This document shows positions 16,885-26,592 of a stretch of 40,638 nt of DNA, in pieces. The translations under genes and the position numbers were made by a program. The stretch lies in NCBI GenBank assembly GCA_040386535.1, contig JAZKFH010000065.1, forward strand, positions 12,468-53,105, written 5' to 3'. The notes under the pieces were generated by a model that saw nothing but the letters and a program-made list of their open reading frames with translations, had not been told where the DNA came from and did not search any database. Origin of the DNA: Myxococcota bacterium (GTDB lineage Bacteria; Myxococcota_A; UBA796; SXON01). Each line of letters begins with the position of its first letter. Position 1 is the stretch's first letter.

Positions 16885-17859
16885 CTACCACAACGGGGGT
16901 ACGGCCTCGACCTTCAGCACGACCGCCGGCCCGTCGGCGCCGCGCTGTCCGCTCGATCCCGGGTGCCCGGGCTGGCCGTACTTGCCCGGCGAGAAGCCCT
17001 GCCCGGCATCGCCCTTGAGGCCCGCCGAACCCGGCCCGCCGCCGCGGTTGTCGAACACCAACGCGTCGAGCTTGCCCTGGGCGGACGGATCGACCATCAC
17101 CGTGATGCGCCCCCCCTTGCCACCTTTGCCTCCCTGGCCGCCCTGGCCGCCGTCGCCCCCGTCCAACCCGGTCGTCCCGTTGCCGCCGGATCCGCCCGTG
17201 CCACCCGGGCCGCCCGCCCCGCCGCTCGCGTCGATCGTGAGGCGGCCGCCGGACACGGCCACGGCGTGGAGCGAGGTCTCGCCGGTCGCCAGGTTCTTCA
17301 TGGCAACCTGCAGGACGTCGACGCCCTGGGCGCTCACGAGGCGCACGGACACCTCGACTTCGGGGCCGTCGGGGCCGTCGTACCCATCGCCGCCGTCTCC
17401 GCCGTCCCCACCGGCGCTCGCCGCGGACGAGCCGCCGCTCGCCCCACGTTGGCCCGCCTGTCCGGCCGGAGCGCCCCGCTGGGCCACGACCTTGCAGTCG
17501 TATCGGGCCGGGAGGAGCGCCTCGGCCTTCACCGTCGGGTCGTTCGCGAGGCTCACGTCGACCTTGCCCGCCTTGCCCCAGCTGGCGGTGACATCATCGG
17601 GCATCTCCAGGGCCCCCTTGGGAGAGACCTCGCCGATGTCCCAGGAGAGCGAGAGTTGTTTCCACGACGCGGCGCGGACCGGGAACTCCTTGCCCTTGGC
17701 GTCGGTGCCGAACAGGTCGAGCCGCTGCGATTGACCGGGGCACAGACCGGTGGAGCCCTCCAGGTCGATGCGGATGGCCGTGAATTCCTTGGGCTTGGCG
17801 AGCGCCTGCGACACCAGGAGGGGCGCGGCGAGCAGGAGGAGCAGACGGGATGGGAACAT
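16885..17859 (-). CDS. Secreted protein with Gly-rich collagen-like G-X-X segments
   Basis: Signal peptide; GDGGDGGDG, GQGGQGGKGGKGG tracts interleaved with beta-strand segments. Confidence 0.8.
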   Translation of the reverse strand: MFPSRLLLLLAAPLLVSQALAKPKEFTAIRIDLEGSTGLCPGQSQRLDLFGTDAKGKEFPVRAASWKQLSLSWDIGEVSPKGALEMPDDVTASWGKAGKVDVSLANDPTVKAEALLPARYDCKVVAQRGAPAGQAGQRGASGGSSAASAGGDGGDGGDGYDGPDGPEVEVSVRLVSAQGVDVLQVAMKNLATGETSLHAVAVSGGRLTIDASGGAGGPGGTGGSGGNGTTGLDGGDGGQGGQGGKGGKGGRITVMVDPSAQGKLDALVFDNRGGGPGSAGLKGDAGQGFSPGKYGQPGHPGSSGQRGADGPAVVLKVEAVPPLW

Positions 17860-17886
17860 GGGGTTCGGCCTCGTCCGCGGAGTATG

Positions 17887-19020
17887 TCACCAGCGCGCGG
17901 AGTCCAACGTGACCTTGTAGGTCGAGCAGTCGGTGCCGCGTGGCAGGTTTACCGTGGTGGTGACACTCCCCTCCGGCGGGACGTTGGTGAGCCGCGCCAC
18001 GAAGCGGTCGTCGCCACACTGCAGGCCCACCACCGCCTCGGTGATGACACGGGGGGCGAGGCTCTCCCCGGTGACCTCGACCTCGACGCGGGTGTCCGGG
18101 TAGATCGTGGCCCGCGCCTGCACGCGCAGCCACGGCGACACGTCAATCAGGCGCTCGCCGCCTTGTTTTGCCGAGTCCCCCTCGCGCGCCTGGAACACGA
18201 CCTCCTTGCGCACGGTGTCGACCGTGACGAGGAACTGGCTCGACACGTTCAGGCCGAGCAGGCCCTTGGTGCGGTCGTCCGCGCACTCCTCGCAGATGCC
18301 GACGGTCACGCCCTCGACGAGCAGACCGCCCACCCACACGTTGGGGATGAGCACCAGGCGCGCGGTCCGCTCCCCGTTGGCGGTGCGCAGGGTGATCTCC
18401 GGGGCGTCCGCCGGGACGCGGATGCCCATGCGGTCGAGGCTCTCGCGGTTGAGCGTCGTGACGCTGGCGCCGGTGTCGAACAACATGGGGAGCTCGACGT
18501 CGCCGAATTGGACGGGGATCGCCATGCTGTGGCCGCTGCCCTCGTAGGGGAGCGCGGCCTGGTCGCCCGTGGCGGGCACCGCGCTCGGCACACACTCCGG
18601 CACGGCGCGCTCGGCTTCGGGGGCGGGCGCCGAGCCGGAGAGGGTCTCGGGGCCGCCCATGCCCTCGCCCACGCGCTCGCCCAGGACCGCGGCGCTCCGC
18701 GAGAAGTCGAGACCGCCCGGCGACGCGAACACCGAGAAGCCCGTGCCGATGGCGCCGGGCACCTCGCCCGGGAAGTAGCCGGGGAGCCCCACCAGCAGGA
18801 GGCCGGGCCACAGGAGCATGGCCGCGACGAGGCCGATCGGGCGCCGCCCGAAGAGGGACCAGAGGCCCGCGATGGGCAGCAGCGTGACCAGGGAGGCAGC
18901 GAGGATCACGTGGAGGCCACCGAGGCCGCGCAGCACGCCGAGCCCCGTGAGCGCGGCGACGGCCGCGCCGACGGGGAGGACCCCGAGCCCGAGCAAGACC
19001 GCCAGAACGATACGCGTCAC
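17887..19020 (-). CDS. Membrane-anchored retropepsin-like (clan AA) aspartic protease
   Basis: N-terminal TM helices; MLFDTGAS, TANG and GLLGLN motifs. Confidence 0.85.
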   Translation of the reverse strand: MTRIVLAVLLGLGVLPVGAAVAALTGLGVLRGLGGLHVILAASLVTLLPIAGLWSLFGRRPIGLVAAMLLWPGLLLVGLPGYFPGEVPGAIGTGFSVFASPGGLDFSRSAAVLGERVGEGMGGPETLSGSAPAPEAERAVPECVPSAVPATGDQAALPYEGSGHSMAIPVQFGDVELPMLFDTGASVTTLNRESLDRMGIRVPADAPEITLRTANGERTARLVLIPNVWVGGLLVEGVTVGICEECADDRTKGLLGLNVSSQFLVTVDTVRKEVVFQAREGDSAKQGGERLIDVSPWLRVQARATIYPDTRVEVEVTGESLAPRVITEAVVGLQCGDDRFVARLTNVPPEGSVTTTVNLPRGTDCSTYKVTLDSARW

Positions 19021-19088
19021 TACCCGGACCTTAACCCCACCCGCCCCGAGGGCGCGGGCGTGCCGACCTCCGGGTTATCAGCGCCGGC

Positions 19089-19661
19089 ATGTTGCCAGAG
19101 ACCCGCGCCACCTACTTCTCCGTCGACATCGAGTGCTCGGGGCCCGTCCCCGCGATCTACGACATGGTGTCCCTCGGGGCCGTGGTCGTGGCCCCGGACG
19201 CCGCCGGCGCGCTCACCCTCGGGGAGACCTTCTACGTCGAGATCAAGCCGGAGGGCCCCAGGGTCGACCCCGGCGCGATGAAGGTGAACGGCCTCGACAT
19301 CGAGGCGCTCCGTCGCGACGGCAAGCCCCGCCGCGAGGCGCTCGTCACGCTCGCCGCGTGGGTCAAGGCCCACACGAAGCCCGGCACGAAACCCGTGTTC
19401 GTGGGCCACAACGCCCCGTTCGACTGGAGCTTCGTGGCCTGGGGCTACGCCGCCGAGGAGCTGCCGAACCCGTTCGGCTACAAGGCCCTCGACACCAAGG
19501 CGCTCGCAACCGGCAAGCTCGGCGTGCACTGGTTCGACTCGAGCAAGGAGGTGCTGGAAGAGCGCCTGGGCCTCGAGAAGGAAGACCTCGGTCTGAAACA
19601 TCGCGCCGACTACGACGCCCTGTACCAGGCGAAGCTCCTCATCAAGCTCCTGGAGTCCTGA
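19089..19661 (+). CDS. 3'-5' exonuclease, DEDDh (DnaQ-like)
   Basis: SVDIE.SGP, GHNAPFDW.F, LD.K, H.A.YDA. Confidence 0.88.
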   Translation: MLPETRATYFSVDIECSGPVPAIYDMVSLGAVVVAPDAAGALTLGETFYVEIKPEGPRVDPGAMKVNGLDIEALRRDGKPRREALVTLAAWVKAHTKPGTKPVFVGHNAPFDWSFVAWGYAAEELPNPFGYKALDTKALATGKLGVHWFDSSKEVLEERLGLEKEDLGLKHRADYDALYQAKLLIKLLES

Positions 19662-19663
19662 AC

Positions 19664-21088
19664 ATGTGCGGATTCATCGGTCTCATCGGCGTCGAGAAGG
19701 CCGCCGGCGCCCTCTCCATCGGGCTCCAGGCGATCCAGCACCGCGGGCAGGACGCCACCGGCATCGGCACCGTGGAGAGCGGGCGGGTCCACCTCTACAA
19801 GGAGCTCGGCAGCGTGGCGGGCGTCTTCACCCCGCCCGTGTTGGCAGGGCTCGCGGGCAAGGCCGGCATCGGCCACGTGCGCTACCCCACCGTCGGCGGC
19901 GGCAGCCGCGAGGACGCCCAGCCCTTCCACACCCGCCGCCCCGGCGTGGTGATGGCGCACAACGGCAATGTCACCAACCTGCCCGAGCTCGAAGCCTGGC
20001 TGGTGAGCCGCGGCATCCGTGTGCAGTCGCAATGTGACGTCGAGCCCATCCTCCTCGTGTTCGCGGAGGCCCTGGGCGAGCGCCGCCCGAGCGGCCACGA
20101 CGCCGAGGACGTGCGGCATGCCGTGCGCCAGGTCTTCCGGCGCGTGCGCGGCGCCTACTCCTGCGTGGCCCTCCTCGAGGTCGACGGGGTGGACACCCTC
20201 GTCGCCTTCCGCGATCCCCACGGCATCCGCCCCGGCAGCTACGGCTACAACGCCGAGGGCGCCTGGGCCGCCGCGAGCGAGACCGTCGCGTTCGACGCGC
20301 TAGGCTTCACCCGCGTGGACGACCTGCCGCCGGGCGAGGTCATGCTGTTCCGCCCCGGCCACAAGCCCGTGCGCCTCGCGGTCGACGCCGCCGATCCCCG
20401 CCCGTGCGTGTTCGAACGCATCTACTTCGCCCGCCCCGACTCGCAGATGGAGGAGGGCCGCATCTACCAGACGCGCTGGGCCCTCGGCGAGCGGCTCGGC
20501 CACGAATGGAAGGCGCGCGGCCTCGAAGCGGACGTGGTCGTGCCGGTGCCCGACACCTCCCGGCCCGCCGCCCAGGCGATGGCCGAAGTGCTCGGCCTCC
20601 CCTACCGCGAGGGGTTCATCAAGAACCGCTACAGCGGCCGCACGTTCATCATGCCGGACGCGACGACGCGGCAGGCTGCCCTCCGGCTGAAGCTCAACCC
20701 GATCCCCGAGATCTTCGAGGGCAAGCGCGTCATCCTCGTGGACGACTCGGTCGTGCGCGGGACCACGGTGCGGCGGCTCGCGGATCTCGTCCGCGCGCTC
20801 AAGCCGACGCAGGTGCACCTCGCCGTGTACTCGCCGCCGGTGCGCAACCCGTGCTTCTACGGCATCGACATGCCCACGCGCGACGATCTCGTGGCGGCGC
20901 GCCTCGGCCCCGCCGAATGGGCCCCCGCCTTCGGGGTCGACTCCGTCACGTTCCTCTCGCCCGAAGGCCTCCGCGAGATCATGGGGCGGCCGTTGTGTAT
21001 GGCGTGTTTCGACGGGGACTACGTCGTGCCGGTGAGCGACGGCGAGCAGGCCGAGATCATCGCGGACCGGCGGAAGGTCGCGGGCTGA
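19664..21088 (+). CDS. purF: Amidophosphoribosyltransferase
   Basis: MCGFIG, QHRGQD, GHVRYPT, AHNGN, C.FE.IYFARPDS, VDDSVVRGTT, PCFYGIDM, C.ACF.G.Y. Confidence 0.96.
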   Translation: MCGFIGLIGVEKAAGALSIGLQAIQHRGQDATGIGTVESGRVHLYKELGSVAGVFTPPVLAGLAGKAGIGHVRYPTVGGGSREDAQPFHTRRPGVVMAHNGNVTNLPELEAWLVSRGIRVQSQCDVEPILLVFAEALGERRPSGHDAEDVRHAVRQVFRRVRGAYSCVALLEVDGVDTLVAFRDPHGIRPGSYGYNAEGAWAAASETVAFDALGFTRVDDLPPGEVMLFRPGHKPVRLAVDAADPRPCVFERIYFARPDSQMEEGRIYQTRWALGERLGHEWKARGLEADVVVPVPDTSRPAAQAMAEVLGLPYREGFIKNRYSGRTFIMPDATTRQAALRLKLNPIPEIFEGKRVILVDDSVVRGTTVRRLADLVRALKPTQVHLAVYSPPVRNPCFYGIDMPTRDDLVAARLGPAEWAPAFGVDSVTFLSPEGLREIMGRPLCMACFDGDYVVPVSDGEQAEIIADRRKVAG

Positions 21089-21193
21089 GGGCCTGACCGG
21101 GCCATTGGCGTCCGGAGGGCGCTGCCATCGCGCTTCCAGGCGGCCCCCTGCCGCCTCCAGCCGCGCTATGGATCGCCGCCCGAGGAGCCGTCG

Positions 21194-22072
21194 GTGGCCC
21201 GCGACCCAGCCTCCGATCCCCACTTCCTGCACGCCGCGCGGTCGCTCGAGGCGCTCGTCAGCCCGCCCGTGGATCATCCGCGGGCGCTGTGTTGGCTTCC
21301 GGGGCAGGACGCGCTGCTCGTCGCTGCGCGGGATGGCACGATCCACCACGTCGAGCCGTCCTATGGCACGCGCGCCCTCTTCACCGCCGCGCCCGACCCC
21401 GCGCACCTCGCCATCGAGCGGGAACGCCTCGCGGTCCTGACGCGCGAGGGGCTGCTCCAGGTGTGGGCGCTCGCGGAGGGCCAGCTGCTCTGGGAGCGGC
21501 CCACGGAGCTGATCGCGGGGCTGCACCTGCAGTGGTGGCGCGGCGGCATCGCGGTCGTGGGAGACGACGGGCGGGACCGCCGCGTGCTCGTGTACGATGA
21601 CTTGGGCGAGCGCCGTGCCCGCGCACGGGTGCCCGCACGCACGGCGCTCGGCGCGGACCCCGAGGCCAACCTGCTCCTGGCGCGCAGCACGGAGGCCGGG
21701 CTGACGCTCCGCCCCTTCGGGCAGGCGCTCCCTACCGAGCCCGCCACGGTCCACCAGCTGCGCTTCACCGGCAAGAACGCGGTGATCGGCGTCGTGACCG
21801 GCGGCGTGACCGTCTGGCACGGCGAGGGCGAGCCCCCTGTGAACATCAAGCTGTTTGAGGTGGTGAACGCCGCGCTCTCGCCGGACGAGTCGCTGGTGGC
21901 GATGGGCACGCGCATGGGCGGCGTGGCGATCGGCTCGGCGCGCCTCGGCGGCCAACGCGTGAACCCGACCCGCGTGGACGGCCACGACGGGCCGGTCCTC
22001 GCGCTCGCGTTCAGCCGGCGGGGGCGGTGGTTGGCCTCCGCCGCCGGCCGGTGCTGGGTGTGGTCCTATTGA
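21194..22072 (+). CDS. Beta-propeller (WD40-like) hypothetical protein
   Basis: GH.GPV.ALAFS..GRWLASAA; repeated beta-strand pattern; GAGGAG RBS. Confidence 0.7.
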   Translation: MARDPASDPHFLHAARSLEALVSPPVDHPRALCWLPGQDALLVAARDGTIHHVEPSYGTRALFTAAPDPAHLAIERERLAVLTREGLLQVWALAEGQLLWERPTELIAGLHLQWWRGGIAVVGDDGRDRRVLVYDDLGERRARARVPARTALGADPEANLLLARSTEAGLTLRPFGQALPTEPATVHQLRFTGKNAVIGVVTGGVTVWHGEGEPPVNIKLFEVVNAALSPDESLVAMGTRMGGVAIGSARLGGQRVNPTRVDGHDGPVLALAFSRRGRWLASAAGRCWVWSY

Positions 22073-22133
22073 GGCGCCCCGCGCCCTCGAGTTCGTGGCG
22101 ATCTACGATCGATAGACGCCCTGCGACGAACCG

Positions 22134-22295
22134 CTACTTGGCCAGGAAGGTCGGCGCCGCCACGGGGGGCGCGTCGCCCATCGACGCGAGCACGGCTCCG
22201 CCGATCATCCAGCCCAGCGCGAGCACCAGGAAGGTGTTGAGGAGGGGCGAGGTACCAAGCTTTTCTTCGTGCTTCACGACGAGAGAGCGAGCCAT
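22134..22295 (-). CDS. Small single-TM protein (53 aa)
   Basis: MARSLVVKHEEK..NTFLVLALGWMIGGAVLA; AGGA RBS and a sigma54 consensus upstream. Confidence 0.6.
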   Translation of the reverse strand: MARSLVVKHEEKLGTSPLLNTFLVLALGWMIGGAVLASMGDAPPVAAPTFLAK

Positions 22296-22355
22296 CTTGA
22301 ATCCTGGGGCAACGTCAGCGGGGAGAGCAGCGGGGTGTGCCCGCGGCCATGGTGA

Positions 22356-22371
22356 AGCAAGGGGCGTGCCA
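22356..22371 (-). promoter_or_regulatory. Sigma54 (-24/-12) promoter TGGCAC-GCCCC-TTGCT
   Basis: Exact match to the TGGCAC-N5-TTGCW consensus, about 60 bp upstream of the small ORF. Confidence 0.7.
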
Positions 22372-22426
22372 TCGGCTGGGGTTCGGGTTCGTCGGGCGAC
22401 GAGGGCCCCGTTCACGTGACCAGCCC

Positions 22427-23485
22427 ATGAGGGTCCTCCACGTCCTCAACGACCTGTCCTCCGGGGGCGCGGAGCGCCTCGTGCTGGAGCTCTGTCGCCG
22501 CCGTGCGCCCGACATCGAGGTGGCTGTCGCCACCGTCGGGGGGCTGGGTCCGCTCGAGGATGCCTTTCGTGGCGCGGGGATCTCCCTCCTCGTCGGGGAT
22601 CGGCCGCGGCGGCACCTCGGCCTGCGCGCGATCGCGCGGCTGGCGCGGGCGATGGACGACATCGACGTCGTGCACACCCACCTGTTCGCGGGCGACACCT
22701 GGGGGCGCCTGGCCGTGATGGTGGCGCGGGCGCGGTCCGCGCGGGGCGACGGGCGGCGGCCGATCGTCGTGACGACCGAGCACAACGTAAACCGCGACGA
22801 GACGTGGCAGCGCGGGGTCAAGCGCGTGCTGGCCCCCGTGAGCGACGCCATCGTGTGCGTGAGCGAGGCGGCCGCCGCCTACACGCGCGACGTCGAGGGC
22901 ATCCCCGGGGTGCGCGTCCTGCCGAACGGCATCGATCGGACGCGGTTCGGGGCCCACCGCGGCTCTGGTACGGGCGGGACGCGGGTGCTCGCGATCGGCC
23001 GGCGCGTGCCGCAGAAGGGCTTCGACGTGCTCGTGGCCGCCCTTCCGGACGGCATGCACCTCGACATCGTCGGCGAGGGCCCGTGGCGCGTGGACCATCC
23101 CCGGGTGCGCTACCTCGGGCGCCGCGAGGACGTGCCCGCGCTGCTCGCCGACGCCGACATCCTCGTCGTGCCGAGCCGCTGGGAGGGCTTCGGGTTGGCG
23201 GCCGCGGAGGGTCTGGCGGCGGGCGTGGCGGTCGTCGCCTCCGACGTCGATGGGCTCCGCGAGGTGGTGGGTGACGCGGGGCTGCTCGTCCCGCCGGGGG
23301 ACGTGACCGCGCTGCACAACGCGCTCGTTCGACTGGGAGCAGATCCCACGCTCCGGCGGGCGCTCGGAGAGCAGGGGCGTGCGCGCGTCGCGGCCCGTTT
23401 CGACATTCGGGACACGGTCGACCGCTATGAACGCTTGTACCGAGAACTAGCGCTCAGGTGTTCCACTGGTAGGACGATACCGTGA
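22427..23485 (+). CDS. Glycosyltransferase family 4 (GT-B)
   Basis: MRVLHV...GGAER, TEHN, PNGID, QKG.D, PS.WEGFGL...E. Confidence 0.92.
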   Translation: MRVLHVLNDLSSGGAERLVLELCRRRAPDIEVAVATVGGLGPLEDAFRGAGISLLVGDRPRRHLGLRAIARLARAMDDIDVVHTHLFAGDTWGRLAVMVARARSARGDGRRPIVVTTEHNVNRDETWQRGVKRVLAPVSDAIVCVSEAAAAYTRDVEGIPGVRVLPNGIDRTRFGAHRGSGTGGTRVLAIGRRVPQKGFDVLVAALPDGMHLDIVGEGPWRVDHPRVRYLGRREDVPALLADADILVVPSRWEGFGLAAAEGLAAGVAVVASDVDGLREVVGDAGLLVPPGDVTALHNALVRLGADPTLRRALGEQGRARVAARFDIRDTVDRYERLYRELALRCSTGRTIP

Positions 23486-23522
23486 CGAACAGCACACACT
23501 AGCCGAACCGAAATCGGAGAAG

Positions 23523-23831
23523 ATGGGCCCGATGGAGATCAACCTGGACCGCGATCGTGTCGCCGAGCTGCATTTGCGGCTGATCGACGAGCAGGACCGC
23601 GGGCGCAGGGCCAGCATGCACCTGGAGCTGGCCTCGCTCGCCCTGCGCGACGGCAACCTCGAGCAAGCGACCCGCCACTTCCGCGAAGCGCTCCTCCTCG
23701 ACGACAAGCTCGACCGCGCGCGCATCGGCCTCCGCGAGCTCGGCGAACGCTCGACCGTGCACGTCTCCGCCGGCCGCCGCGGGCTCATGCGGAGCCTGGT
23801 GGATCGGTTCAAGCGGAAGGCGGCGGGGTAG
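23523..23831 (+). CDS. Small TPR-like hypothetical protein
   Basis: HLELA.LA...G..E.A..HFREAL.LD; GGAG RBS. Confidence 0.65.
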   Translation: MGPMEINLDRDRVAELHLRLIDEQDRGRRASMHLELASLALRDGNLEQATRHFREALLLDDKLDRARIGLRELGERSTVHVSAGRRGLMRSLVDRFKRKAAG

Positions 23832-23878
23832 TTCTTCGCGGGTAGGCACCGACCTGTTCGGCACGGGGGGGGCACGGG

Positions 23879-24160
23879 GGGACGCCGCAGGCGGGGACGC
23901 CGCAGGCGGGGACGCCGCACACCGGGACGCCGCACACCCGGACGCCGCACACCCGGACGCCGCACACCTGGACGCCGCACACCCGGACGCCGCACACCCG
24001 GACGCCGCACACCCGGACGCCGCACGCCCGGACGCCGCACGCCCGGGACGCCGCAGGCCGGGACGCCGCAGGCCAGGACGCCGCACACCGGGACGCCGCA
24101 CACCGGGACGCCGCACACCGGGACGCCGCACACCGGGACGCCGCACGCCGGGGCGCCGCA
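23879..24160. repeat. Tandem array of about 19 x 15-bp units (GGACGCCGCA-N5)
   Basis: GACGCCGCA at 23881, 23896, ... 24137, with a degenerate copy at 24152. Confidence 0.92.
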
Positions 24161-24205
24161 CGGCCGGGCGACCGAACGGCCGGGACGCGCACCGTGGGCT
24201 TGCGG

Positions 24206-24232
24206 CGCCATCTTAGCGATGCTAAGATGGCG
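24206..24232. promoter_or_regulatory. Putative TetR operator CGCCATCTTAGC-GAT-GCTAAGATGGCG overlapping -10 (TAAGAT)
   Basis: Perfect 12-bp inverted repeat immediately before the TetR start. Confidence 0.75.
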
Positions 24233-24234
24233 TG

Positions 24235-24840
24235 GTGAACGATCCCCTGACCCCTCGCCGCAGCTCCAAGCCCCGGTACCACCACGGCAATCTCCACAAG
24301 GCGGCGCTGCGACGGGGCCTGGAGATCGTCGCGCTGCACGGGCCCGATGCGCTCACCCTTCGTGGCCTCGCGCGCGAGCTCGGCGTGACCGCGACCGCGC
24401 TGGTCTACCACTTCGGGTCACGGGCGGGACTGCGCTCCGCGGTCGCGGCGGCGGTGCTCGCGGACGTCGAGAAGGCCGCCTTCACCGATGCAAAAGGTGT
24501 GGCGCGCGCAGCCCCCGAGGTGGTCGGCGAAGCCTGGATCGCCTACGCCGAGAAGAACCCCTTCCTGTACCGGCTGGCGTCCGGAGAGGGGTGGCGTGAC
24601 CAACCCCGGGTGCCCACCGGGCTCGACGCGGGGGGGCTGGCGGTGCCCTCTCCCCGCCGGGTCCTCCAGACGGCGTTCGTGCGTCGCACGCGACGTCTCG
24701 GCCTCCCCGAGGGAGACGCGGCGCGCGCCGATCTGTTCTCGTTCACCATCCATGGCCTGGCGCTGGCCCGGATGGACGGCGCAGGGCGGGACGCCGTGGC
24801 CCACGCGTTGGGGCAGTTGGCACGCGCGCCGACGGGCTGA
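24235..24840 (+). CDS. TetR/AcrR family regulator (WHG-type C-terminus)
   Basis: YHHGNL..A, LTLRGLARELGVT..ALVYHF, TIHGLA. Confidence 0.85.
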   Translation: MNDPLTPRRSSKPRYHHGNLHKAALRRGLEIVALHGPDALTLRGLARELGVTATALVYHFGSRAGLRSAVAAAVLADVEKAAFTDAKGVARAAPEVVGEAWIAYAEKNPFLYRLASGEGWRDQPRVPTGLDAGGLAVPSPRRVLQTAFVRRTRRLGLPEGDAARADLFSFTIHGLALARMDGAGRDAVAHALGQLARAPTG

Positions 24841-24934
24841 CGGGACGGACGGGCTGCGCGGCCTTCGCTACCCTTGACGACCAGCGTGGGCGGGCCCTGC
24901 CCGCGTTCGGCAACCTGGCGGCCGGCGGGTCGGA

Positions 24935-25181
24935 GACGCGGTGGGACGCGGTGGGACGCGGCGGGGACGCGGCGGGGACGCGGCGGGGACGCGGCGGGGA
25001 CGCGGCGGGGACGCGTGGGCACGCGGTGGGCACGCGGCGGGGACGCGGCGGGGACGCGGCGGGGACGCGGCGGGGACGCGGTGGCGACGCGGTGGGGACA
25101 CGGCGGGGACACGGCGGGGACGCGGCGGGACGCGGCGGGGACGCGGCGGGGACGCGGTGGGACCGCGGCGGGGACGCGGCC
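24935..25181. repeat. Tandem array of about 22 x 10-11-bp units (GGGACGCGGCG)
   Basis: Visible periodic G-rich tract. Confidence 0.9.
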
Positions 25182-25470
25182 GCGGTGCGGTCGAAGGCCC
25201 GGTCGCGAACGCGGTCGAAGGGCCGGTTTGCCACACCACGCCCCGCGGCAGGGGTCCACAGGGCGGCCGGCTGGGCCGGCCGGTTCGGCGCCGCGTTCGC
25301 CAGCGGCGAACGGACGCGCCAACGGAGGGCGCAGCCCGACCCCGGAGGACCCCGACGGCGGCCCTGCCGCCGGGCCGCCCAGCGCTGGCGAGACCCACCA
25401 CGGCCGTGCCGCCGGGCCGCCCAGCGCCCTCAACAAAGGTGCGAAGCCGCTACGATCCAGCCACGGTGGG

Positions 25471-26592
25471 CTAAATCGAGACCGCCTTCTCCTTCTGGAC
25501 CTTGACCGCGTAGCCCTTCTTCTCCCAGTCCGCCTGGACGGACTCGACCCACTTGTCGGCGTCCGCCGCGGTCTTGACCGGCTCGGGGGTGGTCAGGACG
25601 GCCCACGGGGACTCGACGGCCGTGCACTTGCCGAGCTTGGCCTTGGTGCCGCGCAGGGCGGGCTGGACCGCGGCCACGATGGCCCAGCGCTTGCCGGCCT
25701 CGGCCACGGCGGCGTAGTGGAGGATGGCGGACTTCTTGCCGTCACACTCGCCGGCCTCGACCGCGACGGCGCCGTAGAGGAAGCCGCCGCCGGCCTGCAC
25801 GCGGTCCGGGTAGAGCGTGGGGAGGAGCCGCGCCGCCGCGGCGTCCGCGCCGGAGTTGGCGAGCTGGTTGGCGACGCCGCGCGCCTTGTCGGGCGCGACC
25901 TGCTTGGCGACGGAGACCAGGGCGTCCTCGAGCTTCTGCTGGTCTTCCGGGGTGGTCTGGCCGCCGAGCTCGGGGGCCACGGCCTCGCCCATCTTCATGA
26001 GCATGGGCTCGAACGGCCCGCCGTCCTTCGCGGCCTTGACCGCGCCGGTGGTGAGGGCGCCGAGCGCCTCGACCCGGCGCTCCTTGACGTAGATATCGAG
26101 GAGGGCGTTGAACTTCTCGTCGAACATCTTGGAGGGCGGCGCCGAGACCTGCTTCTCGACGAACGCGGACAGGCCGGGATCGGCGCAGGCCTTGAACGCG
26201 TCGTCCCACTGCTGGAACTCGATGTCGCGGAGGCCGAAGTAGGCGCCCTGGAGGAAGCTCACGACCTTGGGCCGGGAGACGCAGGACTCGCCCACGCGCT
26301 GGGCAATCTCGTCCCGCGCGTCGTACGACGTGATCTTGGAGAGGGCGCCCCACGCGGGGTTCCAGACCTCGCTGTCGACCGCGGCGAGGAACAGCCCGAC
26401 CACGGCGTCGGAGTCGGTCGCGCGCTCGAGGTAGCGGTTGAAGTTGGCCTCGGCGACCTTGCGGTCACACGTCGCGAGGTCGGAGAACGCGCCCGGGGTC
26501 GCGTCGCTCGTGAGGGTGCCGATCTTGGCGAGTTGTGCGTCGCAGGATGCGGCGTACGCGGCGGAGGCGGCGAAGGCGACGAGCAGGGACAT
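25471..26592 (-). CDS. Secreted hypothetical protein (alpha-helical, several Cys)
   Basis: MSLLVAFAASAAYA signal peptide; GAGGA RBS; strong codon bias. Confidence 0.8.
   Translation of the reverse strand: MSLLVAFAASAAYAASCDAQLAKIGTLTSDATPGAFSDLATCDRKVAEANFNRYLERATDSDAVVGLFLAAVDSEVWNPAWGALSKITSYDARDEIAQRVGESCVSRPKVVSFLQGAYFGLRDIEFQQWDDAFKACADPGLSAFVEKQVSAPPSKMFDEKFNALLDIYVKERRVEALGALTTGAVKAAKDGGPFEPMLMKMGEAVAPELGGQTTPEDQQKLEDALVSVAKQVAPDKARGVANQLANSGADAAAARLLPTLYPDRVQAGGGFLYGAVAVEAGECDGKKSAILHYAAVAEAGKRWAIVAAVQPALRGTKAKLGKCTAVESPWAVLTTPEPVKTAADADKWVESVQADWEKKGYAVKVQKEKAVSI

Noticed and set aside
18818..19663. N-terminal extension of PurF
   Set aside because: PurF needs Cys at its mature N-terminus (MCG at 19664), and the extension overlaps the exonuclease gene.
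23447..25505. CGVPV/RRPGV/AASPP repeat proteins
   Set aside because: Translations of the 15-bp and 11-bp minisatellites in multiple frames.
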